Below are positions 20,878 through 32,996 of a stretch of DNA of 64,000 bases, in pieces; position 1 is the first letter of the stretch; each line of letters starts with the position of its first letter. The translations under genes were made by a program, and so were the position numbers. A model generated the notes under the pieces. That model did no database searches, was not told the origin of the DNA, and worked only from the letters and a program-made list of their open reading frames with translations. The DNA comes from Candidatus Marinacidobacterales bacterium (GTDB lineage: Bacteria; Acidobacteriota; Vicinamibacteria; Marinacidobacterales; SMYC01). Location of the stretch: positions 6,432,001-6,496,000 of the forward strand of contig OZ250169.1 of the NCBI GenBank assembly GCA_965237955.1, given 5' to 3'.

Positions 20878-21629
20878 CACCCGAAACGATAGAAAAGATG
20901 AACGCCATGAAGTTGTTCGGCTTGGTGTCCGCGTTCGAAACCCAGTTGAGCTCGAGCGAATACAAGGAGCTGAGCTTCGAGGAACGTGTGGGACTCCTGG
21001 TCGATGCCGAGTGGACCGCCCGCGAACAGCGTAAGCTTTCTCGACGACTGCGAGCGGCAAAGCTCCGCTATCCGGCATGTTTGGAGAACGTGAACTTCCA
21101 AGCGCCTCGAGGCTTAAACCGCGAACAGATCTTGAGCCTGGGCAACTGCCGCTTTGTCGGTGAGCGCCATAACCTGCTCATCACCGGCCCGACGGGGATT
21201 GGCAAATCGTTCTTGGCTTGCGCCTTCGTGGAGCGGGCCTGTCGTCGCGGCTTCACCGGATGCTACGTGCGAGCACCGCGCTTGCTCCACGAGCTCGCGG
21301 TCGCTCGTGGTGATGGTTCCTACGCCCGGCTTTTGACGAAACTCGCCAAGCTGGACTTACTGGCTATCGATGATTGGCTGCTTCACCCGCTGAAAGAATC
21401 GGAGAGACGGGATCTAATGGAGGTCATCGAAGACCGCGCCGAGCGTGGCTCCACACTCATCGCGACCCAGATTCCGCTCAAGCAGTGGCACGAAGCGATT
21501 GGCGACCCAAACCAGGCAGACGCTATCTGCGATCGCATTCTCCACAGCGCGCACCGCATCACTCTCAAAGGAGCTTCTCTGAGAAAGACCAAGGCTGCGC
21601 CAAAGGCATTTGACAACGCCGATGCATGA
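20871..21629 (+). CDS. istB: IS21 helper ATPase IstB (intact)
   Basis: Walker A GPTGIGKS, Walker B LLAIDDW, ADAICDRI; GGAGGAG RBS. Confidence 0.95.
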   Translation: MLTPETIEKMNAMKLFGLVSAFETQLSSSEYKELSFEERVGLLVDAEWTAREQRKLSRRLRAAKLRYPACLENVNFQAPRGLNREQILSLGNCRFVGERHNLLITGPTGIGKSFLACAFVERACRRGFTGCYVRAPRLLHELAVARGDGSYARLLTKLAKLDLLAIDDWLLHPLKESERRDLMEVIEDRAERGSTLIATQIPLKQWHEAIGDPNQADAICDRILHSAHRITLKGASLRKTKAAPKAFDNADA

Positions 21630-23460
21630 GCGAGCGAGGGACCACAGCGTCGATGCGATAAAAACGGGTGAAACCGCCAAACCCGGGGTACCAGACGATG
21701 CGGCGCCAAAACGACGCGCGAGAATGCCTCAGGAAGCGTCTTCTCGAGCCAGGCCATACCCCAGCAACCCCCCGAAACCAGCCCCACATCGCCCGGGGTT
21801 CGGCCGCGGCAGGTCGCTGCCTACGGGAGCGGGAAGGTCGCTTCGCGTCTTTCCTTACGCCCGCTCCCTCCGGCACCGACCTGCCGCCCCTTGCTACACA
21901 ACACGCAGGTAAGATAGGTTCACGTTTTCAATCAGTGGGAAGGAGGTCACCCAACACTTCATCGCTTCGATGAGCGTTCGGCTTCACCGGATTCGCTGTT
22001 CAGCTTGCTCTGGATTCGGCGTTCACGATGGCTGGAATACGCAGTCGGTCGCACCGAGCCCTCGATGTGACCGAACGTGAGCTGGTTCTCGGTGCCTTGC
22101 ACTCCGAGCGGTTCGTCGACAAGGCGCCCGCTCAGGTGTGGGCCACGCTCCTGGACGAGGGAATCTACTACTGCTCGATCCGCACGATGTATCGGATTCT
22201 GGCGGAGAACGGAGAGGTCCGAGAGCGCCGGAACCAGCTGCGACATCCGAATTATCAAAAGCCGGAGCTGCTGGCCGAAGCGCCGAACCAGGTTTGGTCG
22301 TGGGATATCACCAAGCTGCGTGGCCCCGTCAAGTGGACCTACTACTACCTCTACGTGATTCTGGACATCTTCTCCCGTTACGTGACCGGGTGGATGTTGG
22401 CTCGACGAGAAAGCGCTGAGCTCGCTCGTCGTCTCATCAGCGAGAGCTGCCGCAAACAGAACATCGAACCAGACCAGCTCACCATCCACGCCGACCGTGG
22501 CAGCTCGATGCGAAGCAAGTCCGTAGCTATGCTCCTGGCTGACCTCGGCGTTACCAAGACCCACTCCAGACCTTACGTCTCGAACGATAACCCCTACTCC
22601 GAGTCCCAGTTCAAGACTCTGAAGTATTGCCCTCAGTTTCCGAGCCGTTTTGGTTCCATCGAAGACGGCCGGCTGTTCTGCGGCGGCTTCCTCGACTACT
22701 ACAATCACGAACGCCGGCACTCGGGAATCGGCCTCATGACACCGGCCGCCGTTCACGATGGTCTCGCGGAACAGCTCACCACTGCCCGGCGCCAAATCCT
22801 CCTCGAAGCTCATCGGGCTCATCCCGAACGCTTCGTTCGCGGAATGCCACAGCCCCCCGTTTTGCCTCCTCAGGCCTGGATCAACCCGCCGCCGGAGAAA
22901 ACGACGCGCCAGGAGGCCGCCGGAGCCACTTTCTCGAGGTGGTCCACACCTGGGGCCCCCGGATTCAGGCCAACGCGACCAGATCTCGCCGCACGCAGAC
23001 GGTGACCGCCCCGGGCCCACGAGTCTTACTGCATTGATTGAGGCTCACTAAATGCAGTCCGCGGGTGTCTCAAAGTTGTTGACACGTTCCGCACGCGCCC
23101 GCCGCGCCCACCGCCGCTCCGTCTGATACTGACTCCGATAGGCCTCGGGCGCGTTCGTCCGGACCTCGAGGAAGCTCCCCCACTCCGCGCCGCGCGTCAA
23201 CCAGTGGTTATGCTGCACATAGCAGCCCACACCGCAGAGCGAGTTTCCGAAAGTGCACCCTCGGTAGGGCTGCATCGAGTGGGACGTGACGGTCTTCAGA
23301 TATCCAGAGGTGCGGGTAAGAATGCTGCGCACTCTGGACTTTGTGATGGTGACGCGCATGCTGAATATGTCCTTTGAGAAATTGTCGCTTGCCCGATCGA
23401 CGAGTGCAATCCCTAGTCGGCGCTCAACGACCGAGCCTGGCTTCCAGCCACGGGAGTATC

Positions 23461-23865
23461 TTACCGGGGTAGAGGACTCAACCTCTCCGTCGGTGAGTGT
23501 CGTTCCCAAAAGTCCTCGAAGCGCCCACTCAGGCGAGAGCATCGAAGTGCGAGAATGGCGTTGGCTCCGGATAGGCTCCAATGCATTCCGGAGCCTTTGA
23601 ACCGGGAGGCGACGACGAGCTTGCCACCGGATTCGACAACGGCAGAAGAGGTGCACAAGTGCTTCGCCTCAAATTCCGGATAGCACAACCGATGCCGGTT
23701 GGTGCGGATATAGCCGATGCACTGACGTGCCTCCTCGCAGTGCTCGCGATGGCGACGTAGGGCACGTAGAAGGGCGTCAATGCGTCCGTCATCGAGTTCG
23801 TCACGACGTCGCTTTGCCCAGTTCTTGGCGAGGTCGTTTTGTGCGCCAAAAACCCGTTCCGCGAA
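23461..23865 (-). pseudogene. ISKra4-family transposase C-terminal fragment
   Basis: LDDGRIDALL..YIRTNRHRLCY..SSAVVESGGK.VV..RFKGSGMHWS..GANAILALR. Confidence 0.78.
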
Positions 23866-24305
23866 TGGGGATGGTGTTTCATCGGTGTCTCGATTGGCGG
23901 CCGATTCGATGGCGGCAGAATAACTGATGGAGCCAGGGTCACGGATCGGATGGCCTTCTTCATCGTGAGATTCGGCCTCCAGATGGTGCAGAGTTTGGCC
24001 TCTCGCGTTTTGGCCGAGCCGTCGGGCTGTTTTCCTCGGTTACCGGCCCCCTTGAAGTCCTCAACTTGACAATACTAACCGGATGGCTAAGCTGGGCAAG
24101 CCTGAATCCCAAGCGATCGTCGGGGAGTAAGTTGGGCCGCCAAAAGGTTCCGTGCGTGTCCCGAACTGATTCATGCACCAACGCCACGCCGAGCTGCTGC
24201 AGAAGCGTTCTGAAGCTCCGCCCGGGCGCGATTGCCCCCACGCGTTTGGCTGAGTTAACCTCCTCGTCCCGACAGCGTCGCGCGAACCGAACATAGGAGG
24301 GAGCT

Positions 24306-25094
24306 ATGGAGGGGAGAGCCACCAACTTTCTACAGGTCGTCGAGCGCCAGTGCAGGCGCTGGGAGCTTCAGCAAGCAGAGCGACGCGCGCGGGCACCGGT
24401 GCACTGGCCCGTCATCACCGTCTCGCGGGAGTTCGGAGCCCGGGGAGAGGCCCTGGCACGATTGGTGGCGCTGCGAACCGGCTTTTCCTTCTGGGATGTC
24501 GAGCTCATCCACGCTCTCGCGGCGGAGTCGGGCGCGAGCGAGGCGATCCTGCGATCGCTCGACGAGCATCGTCGGAACGCGCTGGAAGACTCCATCGAAG
24601 GCGCCCTCATGGGCGGCCAGTACATGAACAGCGAGTTCGTTCGAGGCTTGATGAGGCTCATTCACACGATCGCCAGCCACGGGGCAGGCATCATCGTGGG
24701 CCGCGGAGCGCAGTATGTCTTGGCGGCGGAGCCGGCACTACGGGTTCGTGTCGTGTGTCCGCTCGGAGAGCGTATCCGCGGTTACGCCAGCCGCCGTGGT
24801 CTCGATGAGCGTCGCGCCCGCCGGGAAGTGGAGCGCAAAGATCAGGAGCGTCGCTCCTTCGTCCGACAGTATTTCTCCCGCGACGTTGCCGATCCTTCCG
24901 GCTACGACGTCATTGTCAATACCGGGACGCTTGCGCTCAAGCGGGCTCGGGACGTGATCTTGCACGTCTACGAAGCCAAGTTCAATCGCCAGCCGCCGTT
25001 AGCGACCGAGGAGGAGACAGACGGTCTGATCCGCGAGCTACCGCCGGCCGCCCGCAGTTCGCAGGGGCGCACTTCACGCCGCGCGCCACGATGA
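24306..25094 (+). CDS. Cytidylate kinase-like family protein
   Basis: VITVSREFGARG, IIVGRGAQY, D..R..FVRQYF, YDVIVNT; AGGAGG RBS. Confidence 0.9.
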   Translation: MEGRATNFLQVVERQCRRWELQQAERRARAPVHWPVITVSREFGARGEALARLVALRTGFSFWDVELIHALAAESGASEAILRSLDEHRRNALEDSIEGALMGGQYMNSEFVRGLMRLIHTIASHGAGIIVGRGAQYVLAAEPALRVRVVCPLGERIRGYASRRGLDERRARREVERKDQERRSFVRQYFSRDVADPSGYDVIVNTGTLALKRARDVILHVYEAKFNRQPPLATEEETDGLIRELPPAARSSQGRTSRRAPR

Positions 25095-25409
25095 CCACAG
25101 CCACTTCCTTTCCACTCCCGCTCATCCAACCCAACCCCTCCAGTCGAATTCAGCGTTGCACATCCCGCCAAAAACCTTCTACCTCTGGAAAAACCCATTC
25201 GCGATCAGATCTGGTCCGCTCTTTATGTACCGCCCGACCCGCCGGAGCCCTACAACCGTTAGCGCAACAGATGCACGAAAATACGACTGGGGCGGACAGC
25301 GGAACGTCCCAGGCCCGGCAGTCTGTCGCGCAAAACAGGACACTGGGCGCACGCGACTCCTAATTACGACGTTTCTGCCTGGTCGCGGGATTGCACACGG
25401 ACACCTGTA

Positions 25410-25436
25410 GGGGTTCGAATCCCCCCTTCGGCACCA
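25410..25436 (+). other. 3' tRNA fragment (probably tRNA-Leu), att-site remnant
   Basis: GGGGTTCGAATCCCCCCTTCGGCACCA = T-arm, acceptor 3' strand and CCA; no 5' half upstream. Confidence 0.8.
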
Positions 25437-25599
25437 ACAACACCTAAGTCCTTTCAGTTATCGGACTTAGCTTTCTCTCCAATCACCGTCTCCAGCATGT
25501 CTCCAAAACCAGAGACCTTTTTTCCAACAATGATAGTTGTGTGAACAGTGATGTGGAACCTAAATAGTTACTTCATCTCTGAGATAAAGATCTTCACGT

Positions 25600-27621
25600 T
25601 TACCTTACGTATCTGTCAAACCATCTGAGCATGTGTTGGAGCCTCTCCACCCTGTGTTTGGGCCTCCCAATTCTGGAGAGGTCATGGTTCTCATTAGGGA
25701 ATCTGACGAACTCGACGACCTTCTTCTGCCTCTTCAGTGTTACGAAGAGCTTTTCAGCCTTCGCAACTGGGCTAATAAAATCCAGGTCTGCATGGATGTG
25801 CAAGAGCGGCGTATTCATGTTCTCGACCTCCGGGAGACCTTCCCAAACTCCCCTCAACGAGATAGCTGCCTTGAACCGGTCCGAATGCCCGATGACCCAG
25901 TTCGTCATGAAGCCGCCAAAGGAACCTCCAGTAACGCCCATCCTCTCGACATCGGCGAAAGGATAATTCTCTGCGACAAAGTCTACCGACTCGATGATGT
26001 CCTGGAAATCTCGTTCACCATGGCGACCTGAGGTATTAGAGAAGGCGGCACCGTACCCAGTGCTCCCACGGGGGTTCGTGTAGAAGACCACGTAACCATG
26101 GTCAGCAAGCACTTGGAACTCGTGCTCTGTTGCCGCAAACATGAATCCATAGGAAGTAAAACCTGGCCCCCCATGTATCTCGAGTATCGTCCGGTACTTC
26201 TTGCCTTCCTCGAAGCCCCGGGGCTTGATGATCCATCCTTGGACTTTGGCGCCATCGCTGGCGGTGAACCAGAACTCCTCCGGTTTGTTCACCCTCAGCG
26301 TGCTCAGCAACTCCTTGTGCAAATACGTGAGGCGCCTCGTGCCCTTCTCGTCCTTTATCCAAAGCTCAAAGGGTGTCACAAGGTCGGAGGAGGTGAAGAC
26401 CATCTTGGAACCAGTCCTGTCTAGGCTGAAGCCGAAACGACCAACGTTCGCCTTCTCCGCGGTCATATGCTCGACCTCTCCGTCCAAGCTGACCCTCAAG
26501 ATGCGTTTGGCGCCAAGATCGTCGATCTTGAAGTAGACATGCTTGGAGTCAGGAGACCAAATTCGTTCATATAGCTGGCGGTGCCAGGCCTCCGACCTAT
26601 CAAGGTTGGCCGTAAGGTTCTTGGGCTCCCCACCCTCAACCGGAAGGACCCAGACATCCCTATTTCTATGAGAAGGTAGTCTAGGCTTTTCTATCGCGCG
26701 TCCAGAGAATGCGAGGTATTTACCATCGGGAGACCAACCCAAGGCCATAGGTCCGCTCACTCTGGCATTCTCCCATAGGAGGTCTGGATCTCCTCCTTTT
26801 GAGGGAACGGTATAGAGGTGATTGAGTCCGGAGAGGTCCGCAGGATCCTCTAGGTTGGAGATGAAGCCCACGCGATCGCCGTCGGGGGACCAGACGGGTG
26901 AGTCCACATCGAATTCTCCATCCGTCAGTTGCCTTATCTCCCCCCCACTCGAGGGGACGGAAAAGATGTGCCTCCTTCTTCCCCGTACGTAGCCACCAGT
27001 ATAGATCTTGTAATTGATGCGCCGGATGATATCGACATCGCTCCCATCTGCACTCTCGTTCTGGGGTACTGGGGAAGAGAAGAGAATGGTCTTTCCATCA
27101 GGGGACCAGGATGGTTGCTGGACGCCTTCCTCCAGAGCAGTAATACTCCTTGCCTCGCCCCCGTCAGCTGGCATCACAAAGATCTGATACGAACCTTCCG
27201 AAACAGTGCCGGCTCCGACTGTATTCGTCTTTCCATCCAATCGACTGGAGAGAAACAGAATGGACTTGCCATCTGGGGACCACCTTGGATGGATGTCGTC
27301 ACCTTGGCCATAAGTGAACTGCTTCGGTGTTCCCTCATCCAGGGCGATTGACCAGATATGGGTGTCATATCTGTCTTCCGCCATATTTGTGGTCGCGTAG
27401 GTGAAGAGCACCCGGGTTCCATCGGGAGATATCTGCGGATCGGACACAGGATATCGATGGAAAATAGGCATAATCTCGAAATCTTCCAATTTTTTCCGTT
27501 CCAACCCATCGCTTGTTGTTCTTACTTGGCCTTCAATAAAGTCAGAACCAATAAAAACCAAAGCAAAAGCCAGGAAGGCCACCAATCCGGAAAGTTTCAA
27601 ATTGTGGATTCTTTTCATCAT
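25600..27621 (-). CDS. S9-family peptidase with beta-propeller
   Basis: WSPDG repeats, IHGGP, NPRGSTGYG, GGSFGG, ENH; N-terminal signal or TM segment. Confidence 0.92.
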   Translation of the reverse strand: MMKRIHNLKLSGLVAFLAFALVFIGSDFIEGQVRTTSDGLERKKLEDFEIMPIFHRYPVSDPQISPDGTRVLFTYATTNMAEDRYDTHIWSIALDEGTPKQFTYGQGDDIHPRWSPDGKSILFLSSRLDGKTNTVGAGTVSEGSYQIFVMPADGGEARSITALEEGVQQPSWSPDGKTILFSSPVPQNESADGSDVDIIRRINYKIYTGGYVRGRRRHIFSVPSSGGEIRQLTDGEFDVDSPVWSPDGDRVGFISNLEDPADLSGLNHLYTVPSKGGDPDLLWENARVSGPMALGWSPDGKYLAFSGRAIEKPRLPSHRNRDVWVLPVEGGEPKNLTANLDRSEAWHRQLYERIWSPDSKHVYFKIDDLGAKRILRVSLDGEVEHMTAEKANVGRFGFSLDRTGSKMVFTSSDLVTPFELWIKDEKGTRRLTYLHKELLSTLRVNKPEEFWFTASDGAKVQGWIIKPRGFEEGKKYRTILEIHGGPGFTSYGFMFAATEHEFQVLADHGYVVFYTNPRGSTGYGAAFSNTSGRHGERDFQDIIESVDFVAENYPFADVERMGVTGGSFGGFMTNWVIGHSDRFKAAISLRGVWEGLPEVENMNTPLLHIHADLDFISPVAKAEKLFVTLKRQKKVVEFVRFPNENHDLSRIGRPKHRVERLQHMLRWFDRYVR

Positions 27622-28225
27622 GTCGTCCTTTTTTAGTTCTTCCTTCTTCTTGTATTCTCCAATATTTCCCATATCACGTTACAAAAGAGAATATTGGGCA
27701 TCATCTTGATTTAATAAGGATAGGAGATTTTCCAAGCCTGCCCCGGTCGTTGCACTCCGCATTTCTCCAGCTTGAACGAGGTGACGTCGCCTCATGCGGT
27801 AGCGGTGACATTAGCAAAGGGTCGGGAGCAAGACAAGGCGGTGAGGGCGGAGGGTTTTCCTGGGGAAGACACAGGTATGGCGTGTGTTGGCGAAGAAACG
27901 GCACAGAATTGAAGGGTGAGAAGTCGTTTTTTCCGGTAAGCCCGGGCTCTCGAAGAATAGGTGTCGAAAAAACTTGATGTTTTGTACAAGATCCATACAA
28001 TTTTCTTGCGTGGTTTGGAGTGTATCTACCAACGAAAAGTGAGAAGTCAAGTGTGACTGTCTCTTGCTCCAGAATATTTGCCCAAACGACACGAGGAAAA
28101 GCGCGTGTTAAGGAAATTGATGGTCCCGGAAATCGGGAGCCTCTTATGAATAGTAAGTATGGTATATCGTGTAAAAACAGCATCACTCTAAAATCTGGTC
28201 AAGATATGAAAAAAAGGCAGAGAAA

Positions 28226-29647
28226 ATGAAAAAACTTTTGTTCATGCTGGCGATTTGTTCATTGGCGCTCATTCCGTCAACGTTTCTTGCATTTCCAACC
28301 GTTTTCCCGACGGGAACGACGATCTACAAACCTGATAAAGCCTGGAACGGCTACAACATCTTTCCCGCCAAAGGAATTGGACCTGTCCTAATTGATATGA
28401 ACGGCAATGTGGTCAAGCAGTGGGTAGACCCCTCATATGCCAGTATGTCCAAGCTTCTTCCGGGTGGATATGTAATGCGCCCTATAGGCGGAAGAGCAAG
28501 AGTAAAAGACCATCCAGATGCTAACGATCTGGTGCAACTTGACTGGGATGGAAACATTGTATGGAAGTTCGAAAAAGCCGGTCAACATCATGATTACCAG
28601 CGAGAGGGTAATCCGGTGGGGTACTACGTTCCCGGTATGGACCCCTTGGTCGATAAGGGAAAGACCCTGATCCTTTCCAAAAAGCTTCTGAAGAATCCCA
28701 AAATAACCGACAAGCTTCTATATGAGGACTACATCTTTGAGGTGACCTGGGACGGAAAGATCGTCTGGGAATGGTTATGGCATGAGCATTTTGATGAACT
28801 CGGGTTCAACGAGGCAGCCAAGAATACCATTTACCGTAATCCGAATTACGAGCCTATAAGTATAGAAGGAGTAGAGGCTGCCAGCTGGTTGCATATCAAC
28901 AGTTTGTCGTATGTTGGACCCAATAGGTGGTACGACGCGGGTGACGAGCGCTTCCATCCTGACAACGTGATCTGGGATGCCCGCCAGGCTAACATCCTGG
29001 GAATAACCGACAGGAAGACCGGTGAGATTGTCTGGAAGGTGGGACCGGACTATACCGCTACACCGGCACTCCGCAAGTTGGATCAGATCGTGGGCCCGCA
29101 TCATTGCCATATGATCCCCAAGGGACTTCCTGGCGCAGGGAACATCCTGGTCTTTGACAATGGTGGAAGAGCTGGATACGGTCCCCCTAATCCTGGTAGT
29201 GCCACCGGGAGCGGAAATGCTCGGCGGGATTATTCCCGAGTATTAGAGTTCAATCCGGTGACGCTGGAGTTGGTTTGGGAATATACAGCCGACAAGGTTG
29301 GTTATAGGCGTGAGAAGTTTTTCAGCTTCAATGTAAGCTCAGCCCAGCGTCTTCCCAACGGGAACACCTTAATCACGGAAGGTGCTCAGGGGCGCTTTTT
29401 CGAGGTGACCTCCGAATTAGAGATCGTCTGGGAATACGTTAACCCATTTTTCCACGGAGTCTTGTGTCGCACCTGCGGGAATCCCTATGACTGGATTGAA
29501 ACAACGGGCGAGACAGAGGAGCGTAGGAATACTGCTTATCGCGCTTACCGGGTTCCCTATGACTGGGTTCCACAACTAGAAAGGCCTGTGGAAAAAGCTG
29601 TGATCCCTCCTCCCAATTCAAAGTTCAGAATCGAACCTCAACAATAG
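28226..29647 (+). CDS. Arylsulfotransferase-family protein
   Basis: FPTGTTIY, QHHD, WLHINS, VFDNG, SSAQRLPNGNTLITE. Confidence 0.9.
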   Translation: MKKLLFMLAICSLALIPSTFLAFPTVFPTGTTIYKPDKAWNGYNIFPAKGIGPVLIDMNGNVVKQWVDPSYASMSKLLPGGYVMRPIGGRARVKDHPDANDLVQLDWDGNIVWKFEKAGQHHDYQREGNPVGYYVPGMDPLVDKGKTLILSKKLLKNPKITDKLLYEDYIFEVTWDGKIVWEWLWHEHFDELGFNEAAKNTIYRNPNYEPISIEGVEAASWLHINSLSYVGPNRWYDAGDERFHPDNVIWDARQANILGITDRKTGEIVWKVGPDYTATPALRKLDQIVGPHHCHMIPKGLPGAGNILVFDNGGRAGYGPPNPGSATGSGNARRDYSRVLEFNPVTLELVWEYTADKVGYRREKFFSFNVSSAQRLPNGNTLITEGAQGRFFEVTSELEIVWEYVNPFFHGVLCRTCGNPYDWIETTGETEERRNTAYRAYRVPYDWVPQLERPVEKAVIPPPNSKFRIEPQQ

Positions 29648-29659
29648 GCCCATTGCTCA

Positions 29660-29688
29660 GGGCGGGGAACAATTCCCCGCCCATTTCT
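29660..29688 (+). terminator. Putative intrinsic terminator
   Basis: GGGCGGGGAA-CAA-TTCCCCGCCC then ATTTCT just after the stop codon. Confidence 0.6.
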
Positions 29689-29738
29689 AGTGAGACTTGA
29701 AAAGTGGCTACCAGTCAACAACCACCCCTAAGAGGATC

Positions 29739-31052
<1,314 letters not shown>

Positions 31053-31111
31053 ATGGCTTGAATCGGACCCTAAAAGGGTCTTAAATCTCATACAGAAATC
31101 TTTATTCACCG

Positions 31112-31737
31112 GTAGAGTAAGCGGGGGAAGCTAAGCTTCGCCCCACCTCTCGTCGCACCGGACGTGCAGATGTCCCGCATCCGGCGCTCCCAACAGCCTT
31201 GTGTCGTAAGCATGCACAAAGAGCCTCGCGACTCGCCAGTCACAGGTAGACTAACCCACGATCGGCGAGATGACGGTAGAACGTCACCCCTGCCGGAGGG
31301 CGGTAGCGTCGCTGGCTCCGTCGTCGTAGATGGACGACAAGACGGTTACGGACGTACCAGTTCAGCCGTCGAAAGTATCGGCGAGGGTGGCCATAGTCGA
31401 AGTAGTTCGCCCAGCCTTTGAGGTGCCGGTTCAGCTGCTGGATCAGCGCTGGAATAGGCTTAAAGCACTGCCCACTGGCCGTCATCTCTATCAGCTTGGC
31501 GCGTTCACGTGCCATAGCTTTCTTCGAGGGCCCAACGTGTAAGTACCGATGAGCCCGACCGTGCAGGTCGGCTTGGTACTGCAACGTGAACCCCAGAAAG
31601 TCCAGGCTCTCCCCCTTCGCCAAGTTCACCACTCGAGTCTTCTCCCGATTGATGCTCAGGCCCATCCGCCCTTCGAGGAATCCCTCCACGAACCGCCGGA
31701 GCTTCGGCCCTTGATAGCGGGCTAGGATAACGAGTCG
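31112..31737 (-). mobile_element. Group II intron (class C) 3' remnant
   Basis: Domain V GCGCCGGATGCGGGACATCTGCACGTCCGGTGC with CGC triad, domain VI ending CTCTAC; maturase tail INREKTRVV..DFLGF..KGWANYF (31240-31735). Confidence 0.9.
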
Positions 31738-32996
31738 AGTCACGCGGCGGAGTCCCTGAGTCACAAATCAATGCCTTAGAGGCTGCCGGGTTGGCATCCC
31801 CCTTGCTGTATGTCCGGCTGGAAGCGGAGGTCGGGGTGCGTATTCCGGGGCATCGTGAACGCAGATTCCAGCCGAAGGTGAACATCCATTCCAAAGCATC
31901 GTGAACACGGATTCCGGGGATCGTGAACATCGATTCCGGGGAAGGTGAACACGGATTCCAGGCAACGTGAACGCCGGTTCCGGCATCGCGAACGCTCATC
32001 GATAGCACGTTTCAAGGCAACTCTAGGTCGTACCCGGAAGGAGGACGATCTAGGAAATGGCAGCTAAGAGGTTATCGATGAGAAAAATACGAGAGGTTCT
32101 AAGGTTAAAGTACGAGCTGGGTTTTACTCACCGCATGATCGCAAAGGCACTTCGCGTGGCGGTTGGAACGGTGAGTGAGTACCTGGCCAAGGCGAAGAAG
32201 GGTGGTCTGAGCTGGCCGCTCCCGGAGGAGCTGAGCGACGGGGAGCTGGAGGCAGGGCTGTTTCCGCCGCCGGGCTCGTCTGGCGCACGGCCGGGTCTGG
32301 ACTATGCCCACATCCACGAGGAGCTGAGGCGTCACCGAGAGCTGACGTTGCTGCAGCTGTGGGTGGAGTACGCGGAGAATAAGCCGGGAGCGTACGGCTA
32401 CAGCCGTTATTGCGAGCTGTACGGTCAGTGGAAGAAGAAGCTGAACCCGACGATGCGTCAACGGCATCGAGCAGGCGAGAAGACATTCGTCGATTTTTCG
32501 GGGAAGAAGCCTCACATCGTCGATCCGAAAACGGGAGAGCTCGTCGAAATGGAGCTGTTCGTCGGGACGTTGGGCGCGAGCAGTTACACCTACGTCGAAG
32601 CGACACTGAACCAGTCGCTGGAATCGTGGGCGAAGGCCCATAAGGGGATGTCGGATTACTTCGGTGGCAGTACGGAGATCTGGGTTCCGGACAACTTGAA
32701 GAGCGGCGTGGATTTGGTGGACCGTTACGAGCCAGGGATCAACCGGACGTACGAAGAGCTGGCGACGCATTACGGTGCGGTTGTGGTCCCGGCTCGGGTG
32801 TTCAAGCCGAAAGACAAAGCGAAGGTGGCGTCGGCAGTGCAGGTGGCGCAGCGCTGGATCCTGGCGGTGCTTCGTCATCGCACGTTCTTCAGCCTTGGCG
32901 GAACTGAACGAAGCCATCTGGGAGAAGTTAGAGGTCCTGAATGCGCGTCCGATGCAGAAGCTCGGTGTGAGTCGGCGGGAGTTGTACGAAAGGCCA

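Larger units (their letters stand above)
19101..22043 (+). mobile_element. IS21-family element, copy 2 (intact)
   Basis: TGCGTATTCC..GGAATACGCA termini; flanks cTCGGT / gTCGGT. Confidence 0.96.
16068..23005 (+). pseudogene. IS3-family OrfB, interrupted at 16192 (IS1-like) and 19100 (IS21)
   Basis: Removing both inserts and duplications restores NAKRRPRSHRALD; WSWDITKL, HADRGS and NDNPYSE in 22050-23005. Confidence 0.9.
15536..23090 (+). mobile_element. IS3-family element containing two nested elements
   Basis: IRs TGTGCCAACCTCCTTGAGACAC / GTGTCTCAAAGTTGTTGACAC; ends approximate to within a few bp. Confidence 0.88.
14913..23359 (-). pseudogene. SPL-like radical SAM protein split by nested IS; 5' part 23091-23359, 3' part 14913-15535
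   Basis: QPYRGCTFGNSLCGVGCYV and IFLSSSTDPFVPQE..QTH..ISIESD..VSPLLP; additional frameshift near 15252. Confidence 0.85.

Noticed and set aside
25410-25436. Functional tRNA gene
   Set aside because: No D-arm, anticodon arm or 5' acceptor strand upstream.
31240-31764. RT fragment as a retron, DGR or defence RT
   Set aside because: It is a maturase tail followed directly by intron domains V and VI.
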